Below are positions 50,615-60,959 of a stretch of 64,000 nucleotides of DNA, piece after piece. Source of the stretch: Acidobacteriota bacterium (GTDB taxonomy: Bacteria; Acidobacteriota; UBA890; WLXD01); the NCBI GenBank assembly GCA_963666215.2, contig CAXWPL010000002.1, positions 160,001 to 224,000 on the forward strand, written 5' to 3'. Under the pieces are notes generated by a model, which saw nothing but the letters and a program-made list of their open reading frames with translations, was not told the DNA's origin and did not search any database. Every line of letters starts with the position of its first letter. The stretch's first letter is position 1. The position numbers were made by a program, and so were the translations under genes.

Positions 50615-53446
50615 CTAGTAGGCCCAGCGGAACCCGAGCTGTAGTTGACGCACGTTGCCGATGAACGTGTTCAAGTCGCCGAAGCGGCTCGAGTCGTACT
50701 GAGTGCGCGTGGTGTACAGGTTCTCGCTGTTGAGGGCGTTGAAGACCTCCGCGAAGAACTGGAACTGTCCGGCGCCCGTGGCGAACTGCTTGGTCAGACG
50801 CAGGTCGACGTTCGAGAACGACGGCTGCTCGAACGAGTTGCGCGCGATGATCGATCCGTTGATCGCCGGCCGATCGTTGGTTTCGTTGTCGCCGTTGACG
50901 TCGCTCGTGAGAATGCCATTGTAGGGCTGACCCGAGCGCGCCGTGAACGTTCCGGCGATCTTGAAGCCCGCCGGCAGGTCCGTGAAGGCGCTCATCACGA
51001 AGCGGTGGCGGATATCACGGTCGGAGCTCCCGAAGTCGGCATCCAGGTTGAAGATGTCCGTCGGTTGGTCGCCCGTTGCAGAGCGCTCGTTGCTGTCGTT
51101 GTCTTCGTCTTTGGCCAGGGTGTACGAACCGAACATGCCCCAGCCGTCGGAAAAGCGCTTCTTGAACTCGAAGATGAGCGCGTTGTAGCGCGAGCGAGCC
51201 GAATTCTTTTCGATGCGCCACTCCACCCCCGCCTCGATGGGGCCGCCGTAGAGGCGACGCCCGTCGGCATCGAGACCAAGGTCGACGAGGTTGCTGTCGA
51301 AGAGAGACTGCAGGCCGTCGGCGCGTGCGTGCACGTAGGAGACGCCCAGCGACAAGTTGTCGACAATCTCACGCTCGACGCCCGCGTTGATGCGAATCGT
51401 GCGAGCTTCCTGATAGCTCGGGTCGAACCAGTAGATCTCCTGAGTCGCCGAGATGCCATCGGGCAGCGACGGGAACAGGTTCGGCCACAGGCCGTCGAGC
51501 TCACCACCGAAGCCGCCGATGAAGAAGATGCCCACGCCGGCCACGCCGGCCGAGGTGAAGGGATTGAAGAACAGGATTGTAGGCGTGCGGCTGTAGAAAA
51601 CGCCCACCGACGAGCGCAAGACCGTCCGCGGATCGGGCGAGTAGGCGAAGCCAAAGCGCGGCTGGAAGTTGTTCAGATCGTCGGGGATCTGCTGTGTCAC
51701 CGGCCGGTCTGGATTGCCAATGGGCGTCGGGTTGAACGTGCCTTCCCAGCGCACGCCGTAGTTGACCGTCAGATGATCGTTAACCCGCCACGAATCCTGC
51801 AGGTATACCGCTGCCACCGTCTGGCGGACATCGAAGTTCGGGCTCAGGTCGTTGGGGTCGAAGCCGCCGAAGCGCTGCAGCATGAACGACGGCTCGTTGA
51901 GCATGAACTCGTCGAGCGAGTCGAAGCGGAATTCGCCGGCGGCGAAGCCCGCGAAGAACTCACTCGTCTTGTCGGTCTCGAAGTCGAAGCCGGCCTTGAT
52001 GTCGTGGTTGTCGAACAGGTACGAGAAGTTGTTCTGCACCTGGAACTTCTTCTCGTCGACGAAGATCGGCATGAAGAAGCGACGACCGAACTGCACAAAC
52101 GGGTTTCGGATGTCCGTGTCCGGACCCTCGAGGTCGTTCGACAGCCGATCGAGGTCGTCGATCGCGTACTGCACGCGGAACTCGTTAAACGCGCGCTCAC
52201 CGAGGACCGACGTCACCTGTAAAACCGTCGAGATCGTCTTTTCTTTCTGGGCGCCCAGGCTGGAGTTTGACAACGTCGTCGAGCCCTGCAGGTTGGTGTC
52301 TGTGCCGCCGCCAATCGTCTCGTGGTCCGAGAAGTTGACCCGCAGGCTCACCTGGTTGTCGTCGTTGATCGAGTGGTCGAGCTTGCCGAACAGCACGACC
52401 GTGTCGTTGGTGCGCGTAAAGCGTGTCTGGTTGATGTCCCAGGCCGGCCGGAACTGGGTGACGTAGGCCTCGAGCGCGGACGTCTGTGCAGCGTCGAGGT
52501 CGTAGTCGACGAAGTAGGGAATGCCGAAGACCTGCGCGTCTGCAGAGAAGAAGGCAAAGGTCTCGTTGCGCGCCAGCGGCCCGCCGACGCTGCCACCGAA
52601 CTGCTTCGCCGAGAATTCCGTCTGCTCGCGGTCGAACGGGTCGGTACCGGTGAACCCCTCGTCGCGCAGGAAGAAATGCCCGCCACCCCGCCACTGGTTC
52701 GTGCCCGACTTCGTGACCACGTTCACCAGACCACCGCCGGAACGTCCGAACTCGGGCATGATGCCGGAGGTGATGACCTGGAACTCCTGCACCGACTCCT
52801 GGCTGATCGTGAACGGCGAGTCTGTACCGCCGCGCTGGTAGCCGAAGAAGGCGCTGTTGTCGGAGCTGCCGTCGACGTTGACCGAGGTGTTGATCCCACG
52901 CTGGCCCGAAATGGCGATCGTGTTGCGGCTGCCCTCGATGAGCGTGCCCGGCGTCAGCAGTGTGAAGTCGGTGAAGTTGCGGCCCAGGATGGGCAGCGAG
53001 TCGATGGCGGTCTCACTGATCGTCGTGGAAACCTGAGTCTTTGACGTCTCCACCACCGGCGACTGGCCGGTGACGATCAGAACCTCCTGTACGCTCGCGA
53101 GATCCATCGAGATATCGACCTGCATCGCCGAGCCGAGCGAGACCGGGATGGCGTTGCGCTCCACCGACCGGAACCCCTGGAGGTCGGCTCGCACCGAATA
53201 GAGTCCCGGTGGCAGCAGCGGCACTCGATAGGTGCCGTTGGCGCTCGCGACCGCCGTGCGGACGCGGCCTGTCGATTCGCTGGTGACGGTGATCGTAGCG
53301 CCCGGGAGCACGCCGCCGTCCGGATCGAGGATCGTGCCGAGGATGTTGCCGGTAGTGCTCTGCGTCTGCGCCCACGCCGGAGACGCGATCAATAACAGGA
53401 GCGAAACACTCAGAACAGAGAGGACGCTTGCACGGATGCGGTTCAA
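50615..53446 (-). CDS. TonB-dependent receptor, Oar type with carboxypeptidase-regulatory-like N domain
   Basis: Signal peptide, GTILDPDGGVLPGATIT, LPILGRNF, ESVQEFQV, VTKSGTN, C-terminal aromatic. TTG start at 53446 with G-rich RBS. Confidence 0.93.
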   Translation of the reverse strand: MNRIRASVLSVLSVSLLLLIASPAWAQTQSTTGNILGTILDPDGGVLPGATITVTSESTGRVRTAVASANGTYRVPLLPPGLYSVRADLQGFRSVERNAIPVSLGSAMQVDISMDLASVQEVLIVTGQSPVVETSKTQVSTTISETAIDSLPILGRNFTDFTLLTPGTLIEGSRNTIAISGQRGINTSVNVDGSSDNSAFFGYQRGGTDSPFTISQESVQEFQVITSGIMPEFGRSGGGLVNVVTKSGTNQWRGGGHFFLRDEGFTGTDPFDREQTEFSAKQFGGSVGGPLARNETFAFFSADAQVFGIPYFVDYDLDAAQTSALEAYVTQFRPAWDINQTRFTRTNDTVVLFGKLDHSINDDNQVSLRVNFSDHETIGGGTDTNLQGSTTLSNSSLGAQKEKTISTVLQVTSVLGERAFNEFRVQYAIDDLDRLSNDLEGPDTDIRNPFVQFGRRFFMPIFVDEKKFQVQNNFSYLFDNHDIKAGFDFETDKTSEFFAGFAAGEFRFDSLDEFMLNEPSFMLQRFGGFDPNDLSPNFDVRQTVAAVYLQDSWRVNDHLTVNYGVRWEGTFNPTPIGNPDRPVTQQIPDDLNNFQPRFGFAYSPDPRTVLRSSVGVFYSRTPTILFFNPFTSAGVAGVGIFFIGGFGGELDGLWPNLFPSLPDGISATQEIYWFDPSYQEARTIRINAGVEREIVDNLSLGVSYVHARADGLQSLFDSNLVDLGLDADGRRLYGGPIEAGVEWRIEKNSARSRYNALIFEFKKRFSDGWGMFGSYTLAKDEDNDSNERSATGDQPTDIFNLDADFGSSDRDIRHRFVMSAFTDLPAGFKIAGTFTARSGQPYNGILTSDVNGDNETNDRPAINGSIIARNSFEQPSFSNVDLRLTKQFATGAGQFQFFAEVFNALNSENLYTTRTQYDSSRFGDLNTFIGNVRQLQLGFRWAY

Positions 53447-53640
53447 AGGAACCCCCCTTTGGGCCCCTGAAAAGTACTGGGTCGGGTCGCCGGTCGGTGA
53501 AACGGATCCGACGAGCCTCGCTGCGTTGCTCCCCTCTGCACACGCCCCCGTGTGACCTGCCCAGAACCGCGCCCACCTGTGCGGTGCGCCGGGCTCGAAA
53601 GGAGATCGCTGGCGGCAGGATCTACCCACCGCACGCCGAC

Positions 53641-53668
53641 ATCCTATCGAGTCAAACCGTCAGGTCAA
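53641..53668 (-). promoter_or_regulatory. Possible sigma70-like promoter for the TonB receptor
   Basis: TTGACC-16 nt-TAGGAT. Confidence 0.4.
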
Positions 53669-53848
53669 GGTACCTAGCGGCCTTTTGCATCGGTTTCGAC
53701 AATCCGATGCCGACCCCCCGCGGCGTGGACGCGCAGACGCCCACAATCGGCTTCCGTAACGCCCCGTCGGAAGACTCGCCAGGAGCGGGATCACACGCGA
53801 CCAGCTCTCCCAGAGACGCCGATCGGGGACTCCTCGATCGGACTGTGT

Positions 53849-55399
53849 TCAGCTTCTGTCGCCAGCGGCCGAGGCGATCGCGGTGCGGATCCGAGCCGCC
53901 ACACGGCGGGCGTCGGCGACGATACTGGCGGCGTCGAGGGTGCGGTGCTCGCCGTCGAGATACAGCACCTTGCCGTCGACGATCGTGCCGCGCACGTTGC
54001 CGCCACGTGCGGCGTAGGCAGTGTGCGAGTAGGGGTCGTAGCGCGGCACCATATTCGCTGCCTCACCGTCGATCACGATGAGATCGGCGCGCTTGCCGAG
54101 CTCGAGAGAACCGATCTCGTTGTCCATCCGCAAGGCGCGGGCGCCGCCGATTGTCGCCATCGCCACCACGACCTGGGCCGGAATCGCGGTGGGATCCGAG
54201 TCGTCGTGCTTGTGAAGGAACGACGCCAGGGTGAGGGCGTTGAACATGTCGAGGTCGTTGTTGCTCGCCGCCCCGTCGGTGCCGAGGCCGACGGCAACGC
54301 CGGCCTCGAGCAGGTCGGGCAGGCGCATGCGGCCCGAGGCGAGCTTCAGGTTGCTCTCGGGGTTGTGCACCAGGCCGACGTCGTGACGTCGCAAGATCTC
54401 GATGTCTCGGTCGGTGAGCCAGATTCCGTGAGCGCCGAGCAGATCGGGTCCGAGAAAGCCCAGGTTCTCGAGGTGTTCCGCGGGCGTGACACCGTAGCGT
54501 TGTTCGATCTGCTCCACCTCGTCGCGGGTCTCCGCCAGATGGATGAGTAACGGCACGCCGTATTCGCGCGTCAACGCGGCTGTCGCCCGCAACACGTCGG
54601 GGTCGACGGTGTACGGCGAGTGCGGAAACGCGGTCGCGGTGATACGCGGATGATCCAGCCAGCGCTCGATGAACGTGCGGGTGTACTCGAGGCTCGACGT
54701 TGTGTCGGGGTGGTCGGGAACGGGGAAGCCGATGATCGTCTCCCCCAGGACGCCGCGTAGACCGGCGATGTCGGCCTCCTCGGCGATAGCGTCCTCGAAG
54801 TAGTAGCCGTCCACGAAGGTTGTCGTGCCAGAAGCGATCATTTCGAGCGCCGCCAGTCGCATGCCGACCCGGACGAACTCCTCGTCGACGGTCTTGGCCT
54901 CCGCCGGGAAGATGTAGTTCTGCAGCCAGTCCATCAGCGCCAGGTCGTCGGCGATGCCGCGCATCAGCACCATCGGGGCATGGCCGTGGCCGTTGATCAG
55001 GCCGGGCATCACGATGTCGTGGGCTCTCGCCTCCACGACCTCGGCCGCCGAGTAGGCGGCGCGGATCTCGTCGGCGGTGCCGATCGCGACGATCTCGCCA
55101 TCGATGGCGGCCAGCCCACCATCCTCGATGACACGCCGCGCCCGGTTCATCGTCACCAGCGTGCCGCCAACAACGATCAGATCTGCTCTGTTATTGCGGT
55201 TGGCGGTACTACCGCCACTCTGGCGCGCGGTTGTCGGTGGAGTCGGCGCTGCTCGGTCCTCCGAACAAGCTCCTGTCGAGAGCGCGGCGCCGAACAGCAG
55301 CGCGATGACCAGCGGGCCGCGGGCTGCCCGGCACGGCGGCACCGTGGGCAGCGCCCAGCGGAGTGCACGGGCGGTCGTACTCGAGTTACGAGCTTGCAT
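53849..55399 (-). CDS. Amidohydrolase, MTA/SAH deaminase-like, with possible lipoprotein signal
   Basis: PGLINGHGH, HSPYT, HLAET, HNPESNLKL, GTDGAASNN; hydrophobic stretch ending in TGAC. Confidence 0.88.
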   Translation of the reverse strand: MQARNSSTTARALRWALPTVPPCRAARGPLVIALLFGAALSTGACSEDRAAPTPPTTARQSGGSTANRNNRADLIVVGGTLVTMNRARRVIEDGGLAAIDGEIVAIGTADEIRAAYSAAEVVEARAHDIVMPGLINGHGHAPMVLMRGIADDLALMDWLQNYIFPAEAKTVDEEFVRVGMRLAALEMIASGTTTFVDGYYFEDAIAEEADIAGLRGVLGETIIGFPVPDHPDTTSSLEYTRTFIERWLDHPRITATAFPHSPYTVDPDVLRATAALTREYGVPLLIHLAETRDEVEQIEQRYGVTPAEHLENLGFLGPDLLGAHGIWLTDRDIEILRRHDVGLVHNPESNLKLASGRMRLPDLLEAGVAVGLGTDGAASNNDLDMFNALTLASFLHKHDDSDPTAIPAQVVVAMATIGGARALRMDNEIGSLELGKRADLIVIDGEAANMVPRYDPYSHTAYAARGGNVRGTIVDGKVLYLDGEHRTLDAASIVADARRVAARIRTAIASAAGDRS

Positions 55400-55411
55400 G
55401 GATACCTCGTC

Positions 55412-55825
55412 CTAGTCGCTGTTGTCGAGGTCGTCGGGTCCGAACGGTCCCGGCAGCAGGTTTCGCGGCGACCAGACCGCAACAGACCCGCTCGGGGTGG
55501 CCAGCAGGACGTTGGCCTGCGGCGCGAGGTCCCAAATCACCTGGCGGCAGGCGCCGCACGGTGACGTGGGAATTTCGCCGCGTCCCGGGCCCATCACGGC
55601 GAGCTCCACGATGTCGTCGGCACCGGCGGCGCCCACGCGGAAACGCGAGTAGGGGGCGTGGGCGTTGCCGCGCGCCAGCGCGGCGGCTTCGACGAGCGCT
55701 TTCTGCTCGTCGCGCAACTCGTCGAGCCGAGTCGGCTGGTCGGGGTAGTCGGCGTGGCCGGGATCGTCCTTGCCGCTCACAGACTCTGCTTGTCTCCAGC
55801 GAATGCGCTCTTCAGGACGATTCAA
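55412..55825 (-). pseudogene. cdd: Cytidine deaminase lacking the central catalytic segment
   Basis: APYSRFRVGAA and PCGACRQ are present, but the NxEN...CAE segment between them is absent. Confidence 0.8.
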
Positions 55826-56700
55826 TCGGGTGCTCCCTCCGCGCCGGCCCAGCCTTCGTCGACGGCGATGTTGGCGACGAGTCCGCGAATGAGCTGCGTG
55901 AGCTCGTCGCGGACGCGTTCTCCGGTTTCCATGACCTCCCCGTGGTCGATCGGTTCCCCCAGCACGCCGGCCGCCATGTTGCTGAGCATGGAGATCCCCA
56001 CCACCTTCACGCCCGCGTGATTGGCGACGATCACCTCCGGAACTGTCGACATTCCGACGGCCGACGCGCCGAGCGTGCGCAGCATGCGGATCTCGGCGGG
56101 GGTCTCGAACGACGGTCCGCTAAGAGCCGCGTACACTCCCTCGCGCAGCTCGATGCCCGCCGACAGCGCCGCGGCTCGGACCGCGTCGAGGTAGGGCGGG
56201 TGGTACGCGTATGTCATGTCGAAGAAGCGCGGCCCCATGCTCGTCAGATTGGCACCGATGCACGGGTTGGTACCCTGCAGGTTGAGATGGTCGGTGATCA
56301 GCATCAGGTCGCCAGGGGCGAAAGAGGTGTCAATGGCACCTGCCGCGTTGGTGACCAGGAGCGCTTCGCAGCCAAGGAGTGCCAGGGCGCGAGTCGGGAA
56401 GGTGATCTCCCAGGGCGCGTAGCCCTCGTACAGGTGCACGCGGCCCTGCATGACGGCAACGGGCACGCCCTCGAGGCGCCCCAGGACAAGCCGCCCCGCG
56501 TGCCCCTCGACAGTGGAGAGAGGCCACCCGGGAATGCGGTCATACGGCAGGATCGCCACGTCGGCGAGCTCCTCCGCGATGCCACCGAGTCCCGACCCGA
56601 GGATCAACGCCATGCGCGGCTGCAGCGTTGATGCCGCGGCAACGGCGTCGCGCGCCGCGCTCAACTTGGCGAGCAGATCTGGCGGTGCGGCGTGGCTCAT
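55822..56700 (-). CDS. Purine nucleoside phosphorylase (trimeric PNP-I type)
   Basis: ILGSGLG, GHAG, GRVHLYEG, GPSFETPAE, GMSTVPE. Confidence 0.96.
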   Translation of the reverse strand: MSHAAPPDLLAKLSAARDAVAAASTLQPRMALILGSGLGGIAEELADVAILPYDRIPGWPLSTVEGHAGRLVLGRLEGVPVAVMQGRVHLYEGYAPWEITFPTRALALLGCEALLVTNAAGAIDTSFAPGDLMLITDHLNLQGTNPCIGANLTSMGPRFFDMTYAYHPPYLDAVRAAALSAGIELREGVYAALSGPSFETPAEIRMLRTLGASAVGMSTVPEVIVANHAGVKVVGISMLSNMAAGVLGEPIDHGEVMETGERVRDELTQLIRGLVANIAVDEGWAGAEGAPD

Positions 56701-56752
56701 GGTGCTCTCCTGAGGGCGTTGCTTGTCGAGCGTATACGCGGATGAAGTCCTG

Positions 56753-58132
56753 CTAGAGGCCGGAAAGTAGGCCGGCGAGAGTGGCGACGGTGTACGACGA
56801 CATCATGCCGGCGATCATCGCCCAGATGCCAATGCGGGCCAGATCGGCTTTGCGGTCGGGAGCCAGCGCCCCGATGCCGCCGATCTGAATCGCGATCGAG
56901 GCGAAATTGGCGAAGCCACAGAGCGAGTACGACGCGATCAGCTCCGACTTCGGCGACAGCAGCCCAGCGTCGACCATCTCTTTCATTCGGGTGAAGGCGA
57001 CGATCTCGGTGAGCACCAGCTTGGTGCCGAACAGCTCGCCGACGCGGGCGGCCTCCTCCCACGGCACCCCCATCACGAAGGCGAGCGGCGCGAACAGGGC
57101 TCCAAGCAGGCTCTGGAGCTGCATGGGTACCGGGCCAGGGCCGCGGACTGCGAAAACGATCCAAGCCGCAACCAACGCCACCGCTACACCGCCGCCAACT
57201 CGCAGCGCGAGAGCTCGGTCGGGGCGGTAGATCGCCCAGTAGGCGGCAAACAGCACGAGCAGGCCAATCGTCAGGTTGCGCAATCCCGACATGCTGGCGA
57301 ACGAGCCGCCAATCAGACCAAGAATCCCGTTGATCAGCGTGATGAGCGCGATGAAGGCCACCAGCATGCCGGCAATGTTGAGTGCCAACGTAACGCCCTG
57401 CCCTGCACCGCGCGCCGCGGCGTCGAGCACGTTGACCTCTTCGCTGTCGACGTCAATCGCGATCTCGCCGGCGGTCTTCGACTCGTCGGTCTCGGGCATG
57501 AACAGCTTGGCCATCACCAACGAAGCCGGCGCCGCCATGACGCTGGCGGCGAGCAGGTAGTCGGCGCGAACGCCGATTGCGATGTAGGTGGCGAGCACTG
57601 CGCCGGAGACCGTGGCAAAGCCGCCGGTCATCAGCGCCATGAGCTCAGAGCGCGTCATCGAGTTGATGTACGGCGAGATGATGATCGGCGCCTCGGTCTG
57701 CCCCATGAAGACGTTGGCGGCCGCGGCCAGCGACTCCGAGCCCGACACGCGCATCGCCCGGTGCATCACACGAGCCATCAACATCACCACGCGCTGCATC
57801 AACCCGATGTGGTAGAGCACCGAGAAGAAGGAAGCGATGAAGATCACCACCGGGAGTACCTGGAAAGCGAGGATGAACCCGCCCGCATTGCCGGTGGCGA
57901 GAGGTCCGAAAACGAACTCCGAGCCCGCCGAGGCATAGTCGAGCAGCCGGGTGACGCCGTTGGCCGCCGCCTGGAACGCGGCCTGCCCCGGACTGGTCTT
58001 CATGACGACGAGCGCGAAGACGACCTGCAGCGCCAGCCCCCAGACGATCGTCTGCGGGTTGACCGCGGCGCGATCGCGCGACAGCAGGTAGGCGATTCCA
58101 TACAGGACGATCAGGCCGAGGATGCCGATCAT
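56753..58132 (-). CDS. nupC: Concentrative nucleoside transporter (NupC/CNT)
   Basis: NVFMGQTEAP, GFATVSG, SVMAAP, LCGFANFASI. Confidence 0.95.
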   Translation of the reverse strand: MIGILGLIVLYGIAYLLSRDRAAVNPQTIVWGLALQVVFALVVMKTSPGQAAFQAAANGVTRLLDYASAGSEFVFGPLATGNAGGFILAFQVLPVVIFIASFFSVLYHIGLMQRVVMLMARVMHRAMRVSGSESLAAAANVFMGQTEAPIIISPYINSMTRSELMALMTGGFATVSGAVLATYIAIGVRADYLLAASVMAAPASLVMAKLFMPETDESKTAGEIAIDVDSEEVNVLDAAARGAGQGVTLALNIAGMLVAFIALITLINGILGLIGGSFASMSGLRNLTIGLLVLFAAYWAIYRPDRALALRVGGGVAVALVAAWIVFAVRGPGPVPMQLQSLLGALFAPLAFVMGVPWEEAARVGELFGTKLVLTEIVAFTRMKEMVDAGLLSPKSELIASYSLCGFANFASIAIQIGGIGALAPDRKADLARIGIWAMIAGMMSSYTVATLAGLLSGL

Positions 58133-59471
58133 GCGTGCCTCTCGAGCACCAGGGGCGCGGCGGCGGCGGGGCCTCCGCGACAGTCAAGGCAGAAGCGAGC
58201 AGGCGCTCGGCCCGCTCCACGTCTGCGCCGTCATTGAAGAACACTCGGGCCCAGGGTTGCCCTGGGTCCAGCGCGTCGCCGCGCTTGGCCAGAAGCCGGA
58301 GGCCCGCCGCCGGGTCGACGACGTCCTCCTTGCACGATCTTCCGGCGCGCAGCGCGATGGCCGCTTCGCCGACCTGGCGAGCTTGGATCGCGCCGACGTA
58401 GCCCGGCCGGGGTGGAAATACCCTGTGTTCGTGGACGGCTGCGGGTAGCAGCGAGGGGTCATCGATCACACGAGGATTACCACCCTGCGCCTCGATCAGC
58501 GCTCCCAGACGCTCGAGTGCGCGTCCGTCATCGAGAGCCGCGATTGCGGTTCGGAGACCGGAGTCGAGGTCGCTCGCGACGCCCGACACCACGAGCATCT
58601 CGGCAACCAGAATGGTTGTCAGCTCTCGGATGTCGGCGATTGCGCCGTCCGGATCGGGATCTCGACGCAGTACACGCAGGCACTCCGCGATCTCGTTCGC
58701 GTTGCCCACCGCCGAGCCCAGCGGCTGGTCCATGTCGGTTACCACCGCGACACATTCGAGATGCTCCCGGCGCGCTACATCTCGCAGTCGTCGAGCCAGA
58801 TCTCGGGCGGCCTGTAGGTCGACACAGAAGGCCCCCGAACCAGCCTTTACATCGAGGACGAGAGCGTCGGCGCCCTCGGCGATCTTCTTGCTCAGGATAC
58901 TGGCGGTAATCAACCCCGAGTCATCGACCGTGGCCGTTGCGTCGCGCAGGGCATAGAGCTTGCGGTCGGCGGGAACGAACGTGCGGGTTTGCCCGCCCAT
59001 CGCCACACCGACGCGTTCGAGAACCGAGGCGAATTCGTCCCGCGAAAGGTCTGTGCGCATGCCGGGGATGCTCTCGAGCTTGTCGAGGGTGCCGCCGGTA
59101 TGGCCGAGACCACGGCCCGACACCATGGGAACAAGCAGCCCGCACACGGCCGCCAGCGGTGCGAGGCAGATACTGATCTTGTCGCCGACGCCGCCGGTGC
59201 TGTGCTTGTCAACGCAGGGTCGGCCGCATCGAGCGCCGTTTCCCTGCGACAGGCCTGACCAGTCGTAACGCTCGCCCGATTCCACCATCGAACGGGTGAG
59301 CTGAGCGGTTTCCTCATCGTCGAGCCCGCGCCAACGAATGGCCATGAGGAGCGCGGCCATTTGATAATCGGGCACTTCTCCGTCCACGTAGGAACGGATT
59401 GCCTCGTCGATCTCGCGAGGCTGCAGCGCGCCTCCGCCCTTCTTGGTCTCGATCAGGTCGAGGAAGCGCAT
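58129..59471 (-). CDS. pdp: Pyrimidine-nucleoside/thymidine phosphorylase (apparent 1-nt frameshift at the extreme 3' end)
   Basis: PDYQMAALLM, DKHSTGGVGDK, SGRGLGHTGGTLDKLE, SILSKK. Natural stop inferred at the ATGA overlap with nupC. Confidence 0.92.
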
Positions 59472-59873
59472 CGATCTCCTGGCGGTTCTACCCGAAGAGC
59501 TTCGGGGCTCACGGTATCGCCGCGTTTCTTGTCGGAGGCGTCGTATCGAGTGGGAGCGGTGGCTGCGGCTCTTTCTGGCGACTGCTCTTTCTACGGAACC
59601 CGCCCGATGGCGCGCGAGTTTAGCAGCAGCGGCCCAACCCGGCCGCTGCAGAGCGGTTCTCGATTGAGCGCCGCGTTGGCGCGCCAGTAGCGCGGTGTGA
59701 TCAGCACGACACAAAGCCCGTAGAAGGTCGAAGCGAGCGTGCTATTGTGCCGCCCCGCGCGCGGTTTGCCGGGATACAGCTGCCGCCGCGGCACCACCCG
59801 AGCTTGGACGTCGAACTCGGTTCCTTACGAGCCCCGCTGGGGCTATCGGGTGGTCGGCAAAACGGATGGGGCC

Positions 59874-60959
59874 ATGGGCAACGAGGAGTTCAGACTCACC
59901 AAGTTCGCCAGCGCCGGCGGGTGAGCCGCAAAGCGAAGTCCGGTGGACCTCGCACAGCTACTCGACGACCTGCGGCAGGCCGAAGGTGAGGCCGACCCTC
60001 GCCTGATCGTCGGGCTTTCAACGAACGACGACGCCGGCGTGTTTGCGCTGACCGATGAGATCGCCCTGGTGCACACCGCCGACGTGATCGCGCCTTTGAG
60101 CGACGATCCGTATCGCTTCGGGCAGATCGCCGCGGCCAACTCGCTTTCGGATGTGTACGCCATGGGAGCGGAGCCGCTGACCGCGCTGAATCTTGCTTTT
60201 TTCCCGAGCCCGTCAGCCGGAGTGCCGCCGGAGGCGTTGGGAGAGATTCTGCGTGGCGCCAGCGACACCGTGCGCGCGGCCGGAGCATTCCTCGTCGGCG
60301 GGCATACGGTTCGCGACGACGACATCAAGTTCGGCCTTTCGGTAACGGGAACCTGTCACCCCGATCGCGTGTTGACCAACGCCGGAGCGCGCCCGGGGGA
60401 GAGACTGGTACTCACCAAGCCGCTGGGAACCGGCTTGCTCGTCGACGCGTTGCGTCGTGGCTGGGTAACCGAGGCCGATCTTGCCGAGGCGCTCGACTGG
60501 ATGGCAGCCTTGAACGACATCTCCGGCCGCGCCGCCGTTGCTCACGGCGCCAGCGCCGCGACCGACGTCACCGGGTTCGCTTTGGCCGGGCACGCAGGAG
60601 AGATGGCCCGGGGGTCGGGAGTCGGGCTACGTCTCGAATACGATCGCCTGCCACGGTATTCGCAGGCGCTCGAGCTGATCGAGCGCGGCGGAAAAACCGG
60701 GCTCACCGGCGCCAACCGGGAGAGCGTCGCAGACTTGCTGCGGATCGATTCTGCGGGCTCGGTATCGGACACCGAGCAGGCGTTGCTGTTCGATCCACAG
60801 ACCTCGGGGGGGTTGTTGGTGTCGTTACCGCCCGAAGCCGCCGAAGCCTACGTGCTGGAACTACGGGAGGCGGGGAACACCGCCGCGGCGGTTGTCGGGG
60901 AAGTACTCGATACCGATTCGGATGGCCATGCCTTCCTGGAGGTGGTGCGCGGCGGATGA
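59874..60959 (+). CDS. selD: Selenide, water dikinase, selenoprotein (UGA at 59922-59924)
   Basis: MGNEEFRLTKFASAGG-U-AAK in frame with DDAGV, IAAANSLSDVYAMG, GGHT, TDVTGF, DPQTSGGLL. Confidence 0.95.
59933..59953 (+). promoter_or_regulatory. Putative bacterial SECIS hairpin
   Basis: GCGA-A-GTCC-GGT-GGAC-C-TCGC immediately 3' of the UGA. Confidence 0.65.

Noticed and set aside
57645-59714. 689 aa ORF as a novel phosphorylase fusion
   Set aside because: The real start is 59471, and the tail is out-of-frame nupC sequence caused by an apparent 1-nt indel.
59739-59924. selD as a nonsense pseudogene or separate small ORF
   Set aside because: The TGA sits at the Sec position with a downstream hairpin.
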